Assembly (NCBI GenBank): GCA_041891055.1
Contig: CP169074.1
Location: 832,001 to 896,000, forward strand
Direction: 5' to 3'
DNA: 64,000 bases
Origin: Halorutilales archaeon Cl-col2-1
GTDB taxonomy: Archaea > Halobacteriota > Halobacteria > Halobacteriales > Afararchaeaceae
Part shown: in pieces, positions 29,744 through 39,578 of the stretch
Layout of the letters: the number at the start of each line of letters is the position of its first letter
Numbering within the stretch: the stretch's first letter is position 1
The notes under the pieces: model-generated
Seen by the model: only the letters and a program-made list of their open reading frames with translations
Databases searched by the model: none
What the model was told of the DNA's origin: nothing
Translations under genes and position numbers: made by a program

Positions 29744-30397
29744 ATGGATGAGCCGTCCGTACGTACTACTCAGAAGGAGACCGACTCGGGCGAGAGCCGA
29801 GAGGCAGGGAAGTCCGACACGTCTGAGAACGACTTCGACTCGGATGAAGTTCTGGAAGTCGATCTGAAGGAAGAGAATCTGAGAGACGGCTTGTCGAAGC
29901 TCGCCGACCTCCACGACCTCAGACAGGAGTACAAGGATGAGATAAGAAGACTTGAGGAGAGGGTGGAAGAGCTGGAGGATGAAAACGAGAGACTGAGGCG
30001 TGAGAAGAGGGAGGCTGTGTCGAGTCTGGAGGAGATGACTCAGACAGTCGAGGACGAGAGACGTAGTCGGTCGGAGGAGGTCGAGGATCTTAGGGAGAGG
30101 GTCGAGTCACTCAAGAGAGACAAGAAACAGCTTTACACGAAGCTCAAGTCAAACGAGGCGAAGATCGAGAGGAAGGAGAAGAAGTATAAGAAGGCAGTTG
30201 AGGAGCTAGAGGAGAAAGCCGAGGAACGTATAGAGGGTCTCGAAGACACCGTCGCACGTCTCGAATACGAGAAGTCGAAGCTGATACAGGACAGAGAGGA
30301 CAGGCGGAAGATAAAGGCGTACCTCAAGAAACAGAAGGAGTACAGGGAAGCTTCTCTTCCGAGACGTATCAAGTGGTGGCTCCTCGGGAAGGACTGA
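29744..30397 (+). CDS. Coiled-coil hypothetical protein
   Basis: E/K/R-rich heptads; C-terminal RRIKWWLLG. Confidence 0.7.
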   Translation: MDEPSVRTTQKETDSGESREAGKSDTSENDFDSDEVLEVDLKEENLRDGLSKLADLHDLRQEYKDEIRRLEERVEELEDENERLRREKREAVSSLEEMTQTVEDERRSRSEEVEDLRERVESLKRDKKQLYTKLKSNEAKIERKEKKYKKAVEELEEKAEERIEGLEDTVARLEYEKSKLIQDREDRRKIKAYLKKQKEYREASLPRRIKWWLLGKD

Positions 30398-30452
30398 ACT
30401 GAGCGACGGATGGCGTAGCAGGAGTTAAGTCGAGCCACGAGGATAGACGTGT

Positions 30453-31043
30453 ATGGATCAGACGCGCGAGATATTAGAGAGAAGCGCGGAGATCTACAAA
30501 GAAGCAGTTCCTGTTCTCCTGGTCAGCCTCGTCGGTGGTCTCTTCGCGGGTGTTTTTCTCGGAGGGAGCGGCATGAGATCGGCGATGGAGTCGATCCCGG
30601 GTCTTCTCGTAATGGTACCCGCTATGCTCGCTACGAGGGGCAATGTCTACGGCTCTCTCGGGGCTCGTATCTCGACGGGTCTCCATCAGGGTCTCGTAGA
30701 GCCGAGGTTCGAGTACGACGAGAGGCTGGCTAACGCCGTGACGGCTTCTGTGGTAAACGGCATATCGATTTCAGTTCTGATAGGTGTCGCGTCGTGGCTA
30801 CTCCTGCCTCTCCTCGGAAGACAGCCCGCACCTCTCACGAGTCTCGTCGGGATATCCGTCGTGGCTGCTGTTCTTAGTGGTGTCACACTCACATTCTTCC
30901 TCTTGGTCGTCCTCTTCGTGGGATACAGACGCGGACTCGATCCCGACCTCCTCATAGGACCCATAGTAACGACATCGGGAGACGTATTCGGGGTCATCTA
31001 TCTCTACATAGGCGTCGTGATAGTCGACGGAGGCTTTCTGTAA
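30453..31043 (+). CDS. MgtE-like divalent cation transporter, membrane domain
   Basis: ATRGNVYGSLGARISTGLHQG, LDPD..GPIVTTSGD. Confidence 0.88.
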   Translation: MDQTREILERSAEIYKEAVPVLLVSLVGGLFAGVFLGGSGMRSAMESIPGLLVMVPAMLATRGNVYGSLGARISTGLHQGLVEPRFEYDERLANAVTASVVNGISISVLIGVASWLLLPLLGRQPAPLTSLVGISVVAAVLSGVTLTFFLLVVLFVGYRRGLDPDLLIGPIVTTSGDVFGVIYLYIGVVIVDGGFL

Positions 31044-31606
31044 TGTCAGTCGACTCGTCATGGAATTTAAGGAGGCTCGTGGCTTCGACCTTTCCGCTCC
31101 TCGTAGTTCTGTCGGCTCTCGAAATGGGATCAGGTGTGATACTCGAAGGTCTCCGAGACTCCTATCTCAACAACCCGTCTCTCCTCGTCCTTGTTCCCGT
31201 AATGATAGGCATGGGAGGTAACCTCGGCTCTATGCTGTCGTCACGTCTCTCGACGAGGCTCCATCTCGGAACCACGAGACTCGATCCACGCGACCCGGTG
31301 GTGGCGTCGAATATAGTCGCCGTCTTCGGTCTAGCCCTGACAGTCTTCGTTCTACTCGGATTCTCGACGTACGGCTTGGGAAGAACCGTCATACAAGGGA
31401 GTCTGAGCCTCGCCACGGTTCTGACTGTCTCGGTCTTGAGTGGAACCGTACTCGCGTCCGTGGTAGTAGTGGTGAGCCTCGTGGCGACGTATCTGGCTTA
31501 CGTTACCGGAGTCGATCCCGACGATGTCGTCATACCCGTAGTGACTAACGTCTGTGATATACTCGGCGTAGTGATACTCACCGCCGTGGTAATCTTAGTC
31601 GTTTAG
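31043..31606 (+). CDS. MgtE-like divalent cation transporter, membrane domain (second)
   Basis: GMGGNLGSMLSSRLSTRLHLG, DPDDVVIPVVTNVCD. Confidence 0.88.
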   Translation: MSVDSSWNLRRLVASTFPLLVVLSALEMGSGVILEGLRDSYLNNPSLLVLVPVMIGMGGNLGSMLSSRLSTRLHLGTTRLDPRDPVVASNIVAVFGLALTVFVLLGFSTYGLGRTVIQGSLSLATVLTVSVLSGTVLASVVVVVSLVATYLAYVTGVDPDDVVIPVVTNVCDILGVVILTAVVILVV

Positions 31607-32368
31607 ACTCGACGAGAGCCAGTTGGCGTACTCCTGAGGCACTCCCTCTATGTCGAGAGCGTCGACGCCGTGTCCCTCGCCTTCGTACTCGTGTATCTCG
31701 GCTCCCATAGACTCGCCGAGAGATCTCGCGTCGCTCCTCGCGGCTTCAGATCGATCCTCGGAGAAATAGCCCACGAAAGCCGGGTCGTCGTAGTTATCAG
31801 CCTCCTCGACGACTTCTATGCCTCTGTACGAGTTCGCGGGGGACAGGAGGAGAACTGCGTCGGGGTCGCCCTCAGAGACGTAGTCAAGGACGGCGTTAGC
31901 GCCTATGCTGGCTCCCGCCATACCGGTTCGGGAGTCGTCAGCTCCGTTCTCGAAGAGATAAGACTCCGCCGCGGCGACGTCTTTGACCATCGCACCGAAG
32001 TCGGATTCGTCGAAGCTCTGCCAGTCACCGTCACTCTCGCCGTGACCCCTCAGGTCGATAGAGATTACATCGAATCCCTCCTCCAAGACGAGTGTCGGTA
32101 GCTCTCCCCACTGACTTCTGTCTCCTCCCAACTGATGGGCTAAGACAACACCGGGCGGAGTCGTCTCCCCCGATTCATAGTAGCTTGCGGCTATCTCAAC
32201 TCCGTCCGAGGTAGTGACTGTGATGTCTTCCCGCGGCGGCTCCGAGTCAGATCCCGTATCCCCGTCTGTGTCACCCATACATCCCGCAGTCGCCGTAGCT
32301 GACATAACCCCGACCAAGCCGAGTAGTCTACGTCTCGTGTACATGATTCCGTTAGACTCTTGTGGCAT
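31595..32368 (-). CDS. Tat lipoprotein alpha/beta hydrolase
   Basis: TRRRLL..TAGC lipobox; DLRGHGES; GASIG nucleophile; alternative start 32344. Confidence 0.85.
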   Translation of the reverse strand: MPQESNGIMYTRRRLLGLVGVMSATATAGCMGDTDGDTGSDSEPPREDITVTTSDGVEIAASYYESGETTPPGVVLAHQLGGDRSQWGELPTLVLEEGFDVISIDLRGHGESDGDWQSFDESDFGAMVKDVAAAESYLFENGADDSRTGMAGASIGANAVLDYVSEGDPDAVLLLSPANSYRGIEVVEEADNYDDPAFVGYFSEDRSEAARSDARSLGESMGAEIHEYEGEGHGVDALDIEGVPQEYANWLSSSLND

Positions 32369-32527
32369 GACTTCTACACTAACTCCGAGAGCGTCTAAGT
32401 TAAAGTTTTCCAGCAGTACGTCCCAAATTTACGTATAATTTATTCACATTTTCGAATTTTACTTGACATATGTCGTAGCTAATACGTCGGAGAAAGCTTT
32501 ATGTGAACTTCTATGGTAACATGAGAT

Positions 32528-32788
32528 ATGTCTGCGACAGAGATTACCAAGGACGAGGCAGATGAGATAGACGCTGACATGGAAATAGACGTGACAGGTG
32601 AGGTCTGTCCGTATCCTCAGCTTGAGGCGAAGAAGGCTATGAAGAAGCTGTCGTCGGGAGAGACCTTCGTAGAGGTCACCGACCACGTCGACTCAGTTGA
32701 GAACGTACCCGAGGTCATCGGTGCCGACGGCGATGTCAAGTACTGGGACGACGACGGCACGTTCCATCTCTACGTCACTAAGGCATAG
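32528..32788 (+). CDS. TusA/YeeD-family sulfur carrier (canonical CPxP)
   Basis: DVTGEVCPYP; directly upstream of YeeE. Confidence 0.9.
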   Translation: MSATEITKDEADEIDADMEIDVTGEVCPYPQLEAKKAMKKLSSGETFVEVTDHVDSVENVPEVIGADGDVKYWDDDGTFHLYVTKA

Positions 32789-32844
32789 ACGTAGAAGGGT
32801 GTAGTCCGTAAGACAAACCGGCTGATTCATCTTTAAGATAAAAA

Positions 32845-34080
32845 ATGGCAATAGGATTAGGGGGACTCGTACTTTCGGTAGTCGTGGGTACAGCTATAGG
32901 GATATTCATGCAGAAGGGAAGGTTCTGCTTCGTGCACGCCTTGAGAGATTTTATCGCATTCAAGGACACACGTGTCACGAAGGGGGTCGTCTCGGCGATA
33001 GGCGTCACTATGCTCCTCTGGGCAGGGGTCGCTACGGCTCTTGGAGGCGCAAACTGGTGGACGTCGTCTCTTTCGCTCTTCGGGATTGTGGGAGGCATAA
33101 TCTTCGGCGTCTCTATGACCTACGCCGGGGGCTGTGCGAGCGGTACGCTCTACCGTGCGGGAGAGGGATATGTCCAGTTCTGGATAACACTCGTCTTCAT
33201 GGGTGTCGGTTACATCGTTTACAGCGCCCTGTTTCCGACACTCTCTCCGGTCAAGTCGTCGCTAACGTTCTCCGAGGGATTCTCGCTCTTCGAGATGGGT
33301 CTCCCGCCGATAGTCATGGGAGTGATAGGAGCCGGAGTGATCGTCGTGGCTTACGTCGTCCTCGTCGGAAGAGAAGTCACCGAATCAGGAGGCGGTGTCT
33401 CTGGTGCTGAGTCGGCACAGGCAAACATGGGAGTCTTCGGCGCGGGCTGGAACAGCTTCAGCCAAGGTACTAAGTCGTACATATCGGGCTTCTTCAACTC
33501 CGAGAAGAGCTTCGGAGAGAGAATGAAGGAGCCGTGGAGCGCCAAGACAGCGGGTATAGGAATCGGATTTGTTAGCATACCGTGGTTCGTCTACCTCAAC
33601 ACGATAGACGGCTACGCGGGATCGTACATAGCGATGACAGGTCCCGAGGTCGGCTGGCTAGCACTCATACTCAACCCGATAGTTGACCTCCAGAACGTCT
33701 CGCTCACAGGACCTTTCGGCTACATCGCGGCTTTCTACCAGAACAACCTCTCGATGGGAGCGTCTAACGCAGTGGTTCCGGGTGCAATAGCACCACCGAT
33801 GCTCCTAGTCGCGTCGCTCGTCTTCGGCGCGTTCTTAGCGTCGCTCTGGAGCGGCGAGTTCGACGTAAGGATGCCCAAGAAGAAACGCGTACCGAACGCC
33901 GTCCTAGGCGGTCTCGGAATGGGAGTGGGTTCAAGAATGATACCCGGCTGTAACATAGCCAACATCTACTCAGGACTCTCGATGCTCACGATGAACGCCG
34001 TGATAGGTACGGTCGGTATGATAATTGGAGTCTACATAATGACCCACTGGATGTACAGAGATATAGGCTGTGAGCTTTAG
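32845..34080 (+). CDS. YeeE/YedE family sulfur-compound transporter (canonical Cys set)
   Basis: GRFCF, AGGCASGTLYRAGEG, PGCNI; multi-TM. Confidence 0.9.
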   Translation: MAIGLGGLVLSVVVGTAIGIFMQKGRFCFVHALRDFIAFKDTRVTKGVVSAIGVTMLLWAGVATALGGANWWTSSLSLFGIVGGIIFGVSMTYAGGCASGTLYRAGEGYVQFWITLVFMGVGYIVYSALFPTLSPVKSSLTFSEGFSLFEMGLPPIVMGVIGAGVIVVAYVVLVGREVTESGGGVSGAESAQANMGVFGAGWNSFSQGTKSYISGFFNSEKSFGERMKEPWSAKTAGIGIGFVSIPWFVYLNTIDGYAGSYIAMTGPEVGWLALILNPIVDLQNVSLTGPFGYIAAFYQNNLSMGASNAVVPGAIAPPMLLVASLVFGAFLASLWSGEFDVRMPKKKRVPNAVLGGLGMGVGSRMIPGCNIANIYSGLSMLTMNAVIGTVGMIIGVYIMTHWMYRDIGCEL

Positions 34081-35375
34081 AAGTTAGCCGTCACAGAGAA
34101 GACAGAGCCGTTCTGGTTACCCAGGTATATCCTTTCTCCGACGACTGCGGGCGAAGACCTCATGCCGTAACGCGTATTATGGCTCCAGACCTCTGAGGCA
34201 TCTTCTCTCGAAATCACGTAGACGTTTCCGTCTGAGCTTCCGAAACACAGCCTGTCCTTTGTAACCGCGGGGGACGTCCTGACCTCGCTTCCCTCACCGT
34301 AGCTCCAGATCTCCTCGCCCGACTCGGCGTCGACTGCGTAGACGTTTCCATCGTTACTTCCGAAGTAGACAGTCGCATCGGCTAACGCCGGCGAAGAATG
34401 TATCTCGTCGCCCGTCTCGAAGCTCCATAGCTCGGAGCCATCGTCCTTACTCAGCGCGTAAAGGCTACCGTCGGTACTTCCTATGTAGACGGCGTCGTCT
34501 CCGAGAGTAGGTGCTGCCTCTATCTCGTAGCTCTTACCCCATCTCATACTTCCGTCCGTAGTGAACGAAATTACCTGACCGATGTCGCTTGCGGTGTAGA
34601 CACCCGACTCGTCGACCGCGGGCGAGACGCGGACTGCGTACTGCTGGTTGCTGTTCCAGGCTTCCTCACCCGACTCGGCGTCGACTGCGTATACACGTCC
34701 GTCTGTGCTCCCTATATAGACGGTACCGTCGTAGACAGCAGGGGCGGTGTGTATCTCGTCACGTGTCGAGAACTCCCACTCAGGAGTGCCGTTGGAACTG
34801 TCGATAGCGTAGAGGTCGCCTCCGACTGTTCCGACGTAGAGATGATCGCCGTCGTCGCTGACAGCGGGCGAACCCCTCACAGGGTCGCCGAGGCTGACGC
34901 TCCAGACCTCGTTTCCTATCGTGGCACTGTAACCGTAGACTGTGCCGTCAGTTCCGCCTATGTAGAGTACTGAGTCGTCGACAACTGGCGATCCGAAGAC
35001 CTCATTTCCTACTGAGACAGACCAGTCCTCGTCGGGGAACTTAGGAGGTATCTGTGTCGCGGGGTTGTACCCTGAGTTCGACGAGTTCTTCTGGAACGAC
35101 AGCCATCTGTCCTCGACGTCGGGAGCCTCCTGAGCCGCGTCGTCGGTCTCAGACTCGTTCTCCGCCTCCTGCATCTCTGTCTCATTCTGATCCGTGTCAG
35201 TCACATTCTCGACAGGCTGTGTCTCGTTCTGGTTCGTGTCAGTCTGGTTCTGAGGCTGTGAGTCGTTCGTCCCATCTCCGTCCCCACCGCCACCCGTACA
35301 TCCCGCTATACCCGCTATTCCGACAGAAGTAGCCTTCAGAAACCATCTGCGCGTTCGCTGAGTTCCGTCCGACAT
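34077..35375 (-). CDS. Tat lipoprotein with PQQ/BamB beta-propeller
   Basis: TRRWFL..IAGC; repeats of SSPAV..VY.GS.DG..YA.DA..G.E.W. Confidence 0.88.
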   Translation of the reverse strand: MSDGTQRTRRWFLKATSVGIAGIAGCTGGGGDGDGTNDSQPQNQTDTNQNETQPVENVTDTDQNETEMQEAENESETDDAAQEAPDVEDRWLSFQKNSSNSGYNPATQIPPKFPDEDWSVSVGNEVFGSPVVDDSVLYIGGTDGTVYGYSATIGNEVWSVSLGDPVRGSPAVSDDGDHLYVGTVGGDLYAIDSSNGTPEWEFSTRDEIHTAPAVYDGTVYIGSTDGRVYAVDAESGEEAWNSNQQYAVRVSPAVDESGVYTASDIGQVISFTTDGSMRWGKSYEIEAAPTLGDDAVYIGSTDGSLYALSKDDGSELWSFETGDEIHSSPALADATVYFGSNDGNVYAVDAESGEEIWSYGEGSEVRTSPAVTKDRLCFGSSDGNVYVISREDASEVWSHNTRYGMRSSPAVVGERIYLGNQNGSVFSVTANF

Positions 35376-35432
35376 ACAACTAAAACAGAATAGAAGACAT
35401 AAAAATCTATTCCGTCCGACAAAAAAGATCTA

Positions 35433-36440
35433 TCAGCCCGATACCTCGCCTAAGAGACGCCGCGCTTCCTGAACCCTCTCGTCGGCGAGGTCAGTGTTAC
35501 CCTCCGCACCCGCGTCGGCGGCACGTCGGAACTCTGTTGCGGTCTGACGTAAGGTTCTGAGGCTCGATATAAACGACTCCGCCTGGCTCCTCTGTATCGA
35601 TCCTTTTCCCTCGGCGGGCTTGACCCCCATGTACTCGTCGAAGCTGTCGAGGGAGTTGTTGAAGCTCGTGTTCGCCGTCTCGAAAGTATCAGAGGCTTGT
35701 CTCCATCTCTCGTGTGAGAGCTCTCCGTCTTCGAGATAGACAGAGACTGTCCCGAGACCCGTGTAGAGAGATCTCAGACCTTCAACGTACGACTCCCAGC
35801 CGTCCCCGAGAGGTCTCATGAACGGCATATGCTCCTCGTGCTGGTAGACGAGATGGTCGCGCACGGGGCTGATATCCACCGCGGGATCGTCGAGTTGTGT
35901 GAGAGTCGAATTCGTCTCGGCGTAGACCGACTGCGACTCGTTGAGCTTCTGTCTCGCGCTCTCGACGTCTTCGAGAGCACCGTCGAGGGGATCTACGTTA
36001 CTCGTAGACGCACGCCTCAGGTCTCGTCTAGCACGTTCGAGATCTTTGTGTGCCCTTGCGTGGAGTATGTCGCCTTTTGCGACACCGATAACTACGTCCG
36101 CGGTCGCTCTCAGACTTCGTGCCCTTTCGGGGTCTAACTCGCCCTCGTCTTCGAGCTTCTCAGCCATCTCACGTGCCCTCTGTGCCTTGTCACGCGCCTG
36201 GATCATATCCTGTTCGACCTCATCGACGGAGACATCCTCGCCAAAGACGAAGAGTACCGGGGCGTCCTCGACGTCGCTCACAGACTCGTTGAGAAGTCTC
36301 AGGGCGCCGTCAACCGTCGCGTTCTGCCCGGAGTCAGATGATGGGCTCTCCGTTCCCGTTCCGGTCTGTGACCCTCCCATACAGCCCGCAAGAGCCACGG
36401 CTAAGACGGCTACGGCGACTAAGAGTTTCTTAGTTTTCAT
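35433..36440 (-). CDS. Hypothetical helical lipoprotein
   Basis: LAGC lipobox; Ala/Glu/Arg-rich helical body. Confidence 0.7.
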   Translation of the reverse strand: MKTKKLLVAVAVLAVALAGCMGGSQTGTGTESPSSDSGQNATVDGALRLLNESVSDVEDAPVLFVFGEDVSVDEVEQDMIQARDKAQRAREMAEKLEDEGELDPERARSLRATADVVIGVAKGDILHARAHKDLERARRDLRRASTSNVDPLDGALEDVESARQKLNESQSVYAETNSTLTQLDDPAVDISPVRDHLVYQHEEHMPFMRPLGDGWESYVEGLRSLYTGLGTVSVYLEDGELSHERWRQASDTFETANTSFNNSLDSFDEYMGVKPAEGKGSIQRSQAESFISSLRTLRQTATEFRRAADAGAEGNTDLADERVQEARRLLGEVSG

Positions 36441-36487
36441 CAGTATATAAAAAGAGACGCGAGAGTATCTTATATCTGGCTCTCAGA

Positions 36488-36928
36488 TCAGCACGTCGGA
36501 GGCGCAGTCTCGACTGTGACGTCAAGAGTCGAAGAGGTGTCGCCCGACGATGCCTCTAGATCCATCTTGTACTGCTGCATTCCCTGTCCCGACTCCTCGT
36601 TTATCTCGAGCTGTGTCGAGCTACCCGGCGAAACCGTGTTGCTTCCGAGGCTCGCCGTCATTCCCGACGGGACGTTCGCTGTCTCTATGGTGACGTCCCC
36701 CGGTGCGTCCTCGTTCGCCGAGACCTCAACCGACGCCGAACGTCCAGCTCCGACGGTCACAGGGTTCGAGCCTATCGATATGAGCTCGTTACTCGTGGCT
36801 ACCTCGCCCGAGCCGCCTCCTCCTTGTGTCTGTGCTTCTCCGCTACCCCCACCGCCGCCTCCAGTACAGCCGGCGAGCATCACTAGACCTACTACAACTC
36901 CTATAATAAGATGGCGTCTGTCCACCAT
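36488..36928 (-). CDS. Hypothetical lipoprotein, Ig-like domain, C-terminal Cys
   Basis: DRRHL..LAGC lipobox, Gly linker, beta-strand pattern, ends ETAPPTC. Confidence 0.7.
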   Translation of the reverse strand: MVDRRHLIIGVVVGLVMLAGCTGGGGGGSGEAQTQGGGGSGEVATSNELISIGSNPVTVGAGRSASVEVSANEDAPGDVTIETANVPSGMTASLGSNTVSPGSSTQLEINEESGQGMQQYKMDLEASSGDTSSTLDVTVETAPPTC

Positions 36929-37010
36929 ACCTACTTTTGGTTGCCTCTATGTATATTTAAGAATTTCCATGACTTATTCAAATTGTAATAATGATACATA
37001 AATTAAGACG

Positions 37011-37325
37011 TCATCTAAGGAGACCAAAGAAAAAGAGTACTAAGACGAGTAGGTTGAGTATATGTGTGACTCCGACCGTAGTACGGTAGGGGAAGTTGAT
37101 CATGACACCAAACATGAATGATATCTCCTTCATGAAGAATAGACCGAACCCCACGAAGAGAAACATGAAACGTCTGTTCCTCCTCTTGTAGTAGGCGAGA
37201 GCGGCGACCACGAAGATACCCGCGGCGAGTATAAGGGTGGCTATATGTATCGCCGAGTCGAGCTGAGTCCCCTCTATGCGTGGAGGCTGCATATGGATCA
37301 GGGGCTCATACGCCGTCTCTAACAT
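37011..37325 (-). CDS. Small 3-TM membrane protein
   Basis: ALAYYKRRNRRFMFLFVGF..H..L.VLVLFF.GL. Confidence 0.7.
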   Translation of the reverse strand: MLETAYEPLIHMQPPRIEGTQLDSAIHIATLILAAGIFVVAALAYYKRRNRRFMFLFVGFGLFFMKEISFMFGVMINFPYRTTVGVTHILNLLVLVLFFFGLLR

Positions 37326-37368
37326 GACGTGAAAAAGAGTAACTTCTCTACGGTATATACGTCTTGTC

Positions 37369-37920
37369 CTACTCTTCGGCTTCCTGGTCTTCGAGTATCC
37401 TGTCTATCTGAGAGGTCATCTCATTAGCCGAGACGAAGCTTCCGTACTTCTCGTACCTTATCCTTCCCTCTCCGTCGACTATAACGATTCCCGGAGGAGA
37501 ATGTGTCTGGTACTTTCTCAGGAATACCTCCGAGCCGGTGTCGGAGAGGTAGGTCATCTCTATGTCGTGTTTCTGCTTCCAGTTTCTGAGTGTCTCCTTG
37601 CTCTCGGGTGATATGGCGACGAAATGGACGTCGTCGCCTGGGTATCTCTCCTCCATCATCTCCTTCCACGTGGGTATCATCTCGCCACATGTTAGACACG
37701 TCGTAGTCATCAGATCGATCACGACGACATCGCCCTCGTAGTCGGAGAGCGAGACCGTCTCGCCCTCGACTGACTCAAGCGTGAAACCCGGAGCTGGCTT
37801 TGCCTCGGCGGCTGTCTTCACGTTGCTATTAAACGCGCCCATCACGCTCAGACCCGCGAGGGCAACTACGAGGACTAAGATAGTCCCCACGACCGCCGTT
37901 ACGACACTCTTGTCTGACAT
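37369..37920 (-). CDS. Membrane-anchored TlpA/ResA-like thioredoxin-fold protein
   Basis: N-terminal TM; APGFTL..SLSDYEG; CLTC active site; IVDGEGRI. Confidence 0.85.
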   Translation of the reverse strand: MSDKSVVTAVVGTILVLVVALAGLSVMGAFNSNVKTAAEAKPAPGFTLESVEGETVSLSDYEGDVVVIDLMTTTCLTCGEMIPTWKEMMEERYPGDDVHFVAISPESKETLRNWKQKHDIEMTYLSDTGSEVFLRKYQTHSPPGIVIVDGEGRIRYEKYGSFVSANEMTSQIDRILEDQEAEE

Positions 37921-37939
37921 CTATTTTTGTTCTTATGTA

Positions 37940-39208
37940 TCACATCAGCATTCTCTTGACCTTGAAACCGGCGTACATCCCCGGGAATATTCCGACTGCG
38001 TAGACGAGCCCGACGAGGTTCGCCTGTGTCGAGATCGCCGTGAGGAATCCCGCACAGTCACACGCGAGTGCGAGACGGACTCCGAGAGCTATGCCGAATC
38101 CTCCGAGTATCGAGAGAGCGTAACGGTTGAGCTTCTTGCCCTTCGGAGGTGTACGTATCTTGAAGTCCTGGTACCACACAGCGGCGAGGAACGCACCGAG
38201 TATCGCGACTATGTAAGCCCACGTACCTATCGCGAGTCCGGGAAGTGCCTTCGTTCCAGCCCACCACCACTCTCCGGGGAACCACTGAGGTACTGTAAAT
38301 CCGAAGACAGGCCAGACGAAGTAGCTCGCTATGAAGCCGAGAGGTCCGGCTCCACGGAACATACCGGGGAGTGCGTCGGCACCCCATATCTGGTACGACA
38401 CGAAGAAGATAGTGTTAGCGAAGACTGCGATGGTTCCCGCTACTCTGGGATCCCAGAGTCTCTCGGGTGTCGCGAAAGCCTTCTTGAAAGCCGACGAAAG
38501 GCTCGCGGCGTCACTCTTGACAACTCTTCCTCCGTCGGCGACCTTCTTCTTGACCTCGTTCATCTGGGGCATTCCGCCCTCAGGCGAGTAGTTCTTCGCG
38601 AGGTAGTACGATATAGCCGCGAAGGCTATGGATGCTACGACACCGTAGACGAGAACGCCGAGCTTGACTCCCAGAATTGGCTCACCGGGTCCTTTGAGAG
38701 TCAGTAGAGGCGTCGACCAGGGCCAGCCGAATCCTCCGAATTCCCTGTTGAAACTCACCGCCGGCCTGGCTACGAACGGAACCATCACGACCCAAGCTAC
38801 GAATATAGCGAAGGTCTGTAAAACGGCTGAGACACGTCCCTCACCTATCTTGTGGACTAGACTAACCGCTGACGCTCCTCCTAGCGCCGATCCGAAACCG
38901 AGTATGAACGACCCTATGAAGGCTAGGGGTCCTGAAGGCTTCGTGGGCGGCATCTTTCCCGTGAAGAACGTGATTATTCCAACCGAGAGAATTCCGATTC
39001 CGAAGAAGTACATGAACCCTCTCGCTAGCCAGCCGTTGCGCTGGTAGACGAGGTCTCCAAACATCTGAACCGGGTCGAACTGTCCTCTCTGAAGCGCTAT
39101 TCCGAATATGAGTCCGGCTACACCCACAACTCCGTAGACGACTGTGTTAGGACTCGTCGGCTCCATGAAACTGTACTCAGCTAGAAGTACTGATAATGCC
39201 CCTATCAT
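37940..39208 (-). CDS. Divergent YeeE/YedE family protein
   Basis: FGIALQRGQF, GSFILGFG, IGEG, GAFLAAVW..DF, GVRLALAC; first two conserved Cys missing. Confidence 0.8.
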   Translation of the reverse strand: MIGALSVLLAEYSFMEPTSPNTVVYGVVGVAGLIFGIALQRGQFDPVQMFGDLVYQRNGWLARGFMYFFGIGILSVGIITFFTGKMPPTKPSGPLAFIGSFILGFGSALGGASAVSLVHKIGEGRVSAVLQTFAIFVAWVVMVPFVARPAVSFNREFGGFGWPWSTPLLTLKGPGEPILGVKLGVLVYGVVASIAFAAISYYLAKNYSPEGGMPQMNEVKKKVADGGRVVKSDAASLSSAFKKAFATPERLWDPRVAGTIAVFANTIFFVSYQIWGADALPGMFRGAGPLGFIASYFVWPVFGFTVPQWFPGEWWWAGTKALPGLAIGTWAYIVAILGAFLAAVWYQDFKIRTPPKGKKLNRYALSILGGFGIALGVRLALACDCAGFLTAISTQANLVGLVYAVGIFPGMYAGFKVKRMLM

Positions 39209-39210
39209 TG

Positions 39211-39438
39211 TTATGTGTGTATCTCGAAGAAGTAGTCTGCTCCCTTCTTCTCGACCTCGTAGTCGTATCCTTCCTGCTTGCAGAGCGTAGGTATGTTCAC
39301 TTCACCTATACTCGGCATATCCGTCACGAACTCGACTGTCTCACCACTACTAGCTTCTTCGAGTCCCTCCTCTGCCATCCAGAGAGGGATAGGGTACTCC
39401 TCCCCCCTTGCGTCAACTCGTTTCATCTGTTTGCTCAT
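39211..39438 (-). CDS. TusA-family protein with YPxP in place of CPxP
   Basis: DARGEEYPIP..GETVEFVTD..NIP TusA pattern; the codon is TAC. Confidence 0.82.
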   Translation of the reverse strand: MSKQMKRVDARGEEYPIPLWMAEEGLEEASSGETVEFVTDMPSIGEVNIPTLCKQEGYDYEVEKKGADYFFEIHT

Positions 39439-39515
39439 TCGTATCCCCCGGCTTTACGTAGACAGGGGTCGACTAATAAACGTATTTGGAGTTCGGACAC
39501 AACTAATTAGGGATA

Positions 39516-39578
39516 AGGTACAATTTACCTAGAAGTGGGATAGATCCGAGTTATTGTACCCATTTTGGGGTCAAAATG
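39516..39578. promoter_or_regulatory. Candidate operator inverted repeats in divergent promoter region
   Basis: GGTACAAT (39517) / ATTGTACC (39553); CATTTTG-GGGT-CAAAATG (39561-39578). Confidence 0.4.

Noticed and set aside
34200-34990. Repeated GACTCGGCGTCGACTGCGTA segments
   Set aside because: Coding repeats of beta-propeller blades.
39385-39400. Possible selenocysteine recoding in the variant TusA
   Set aside because: The codon is TAC (Tyr), not TGA.
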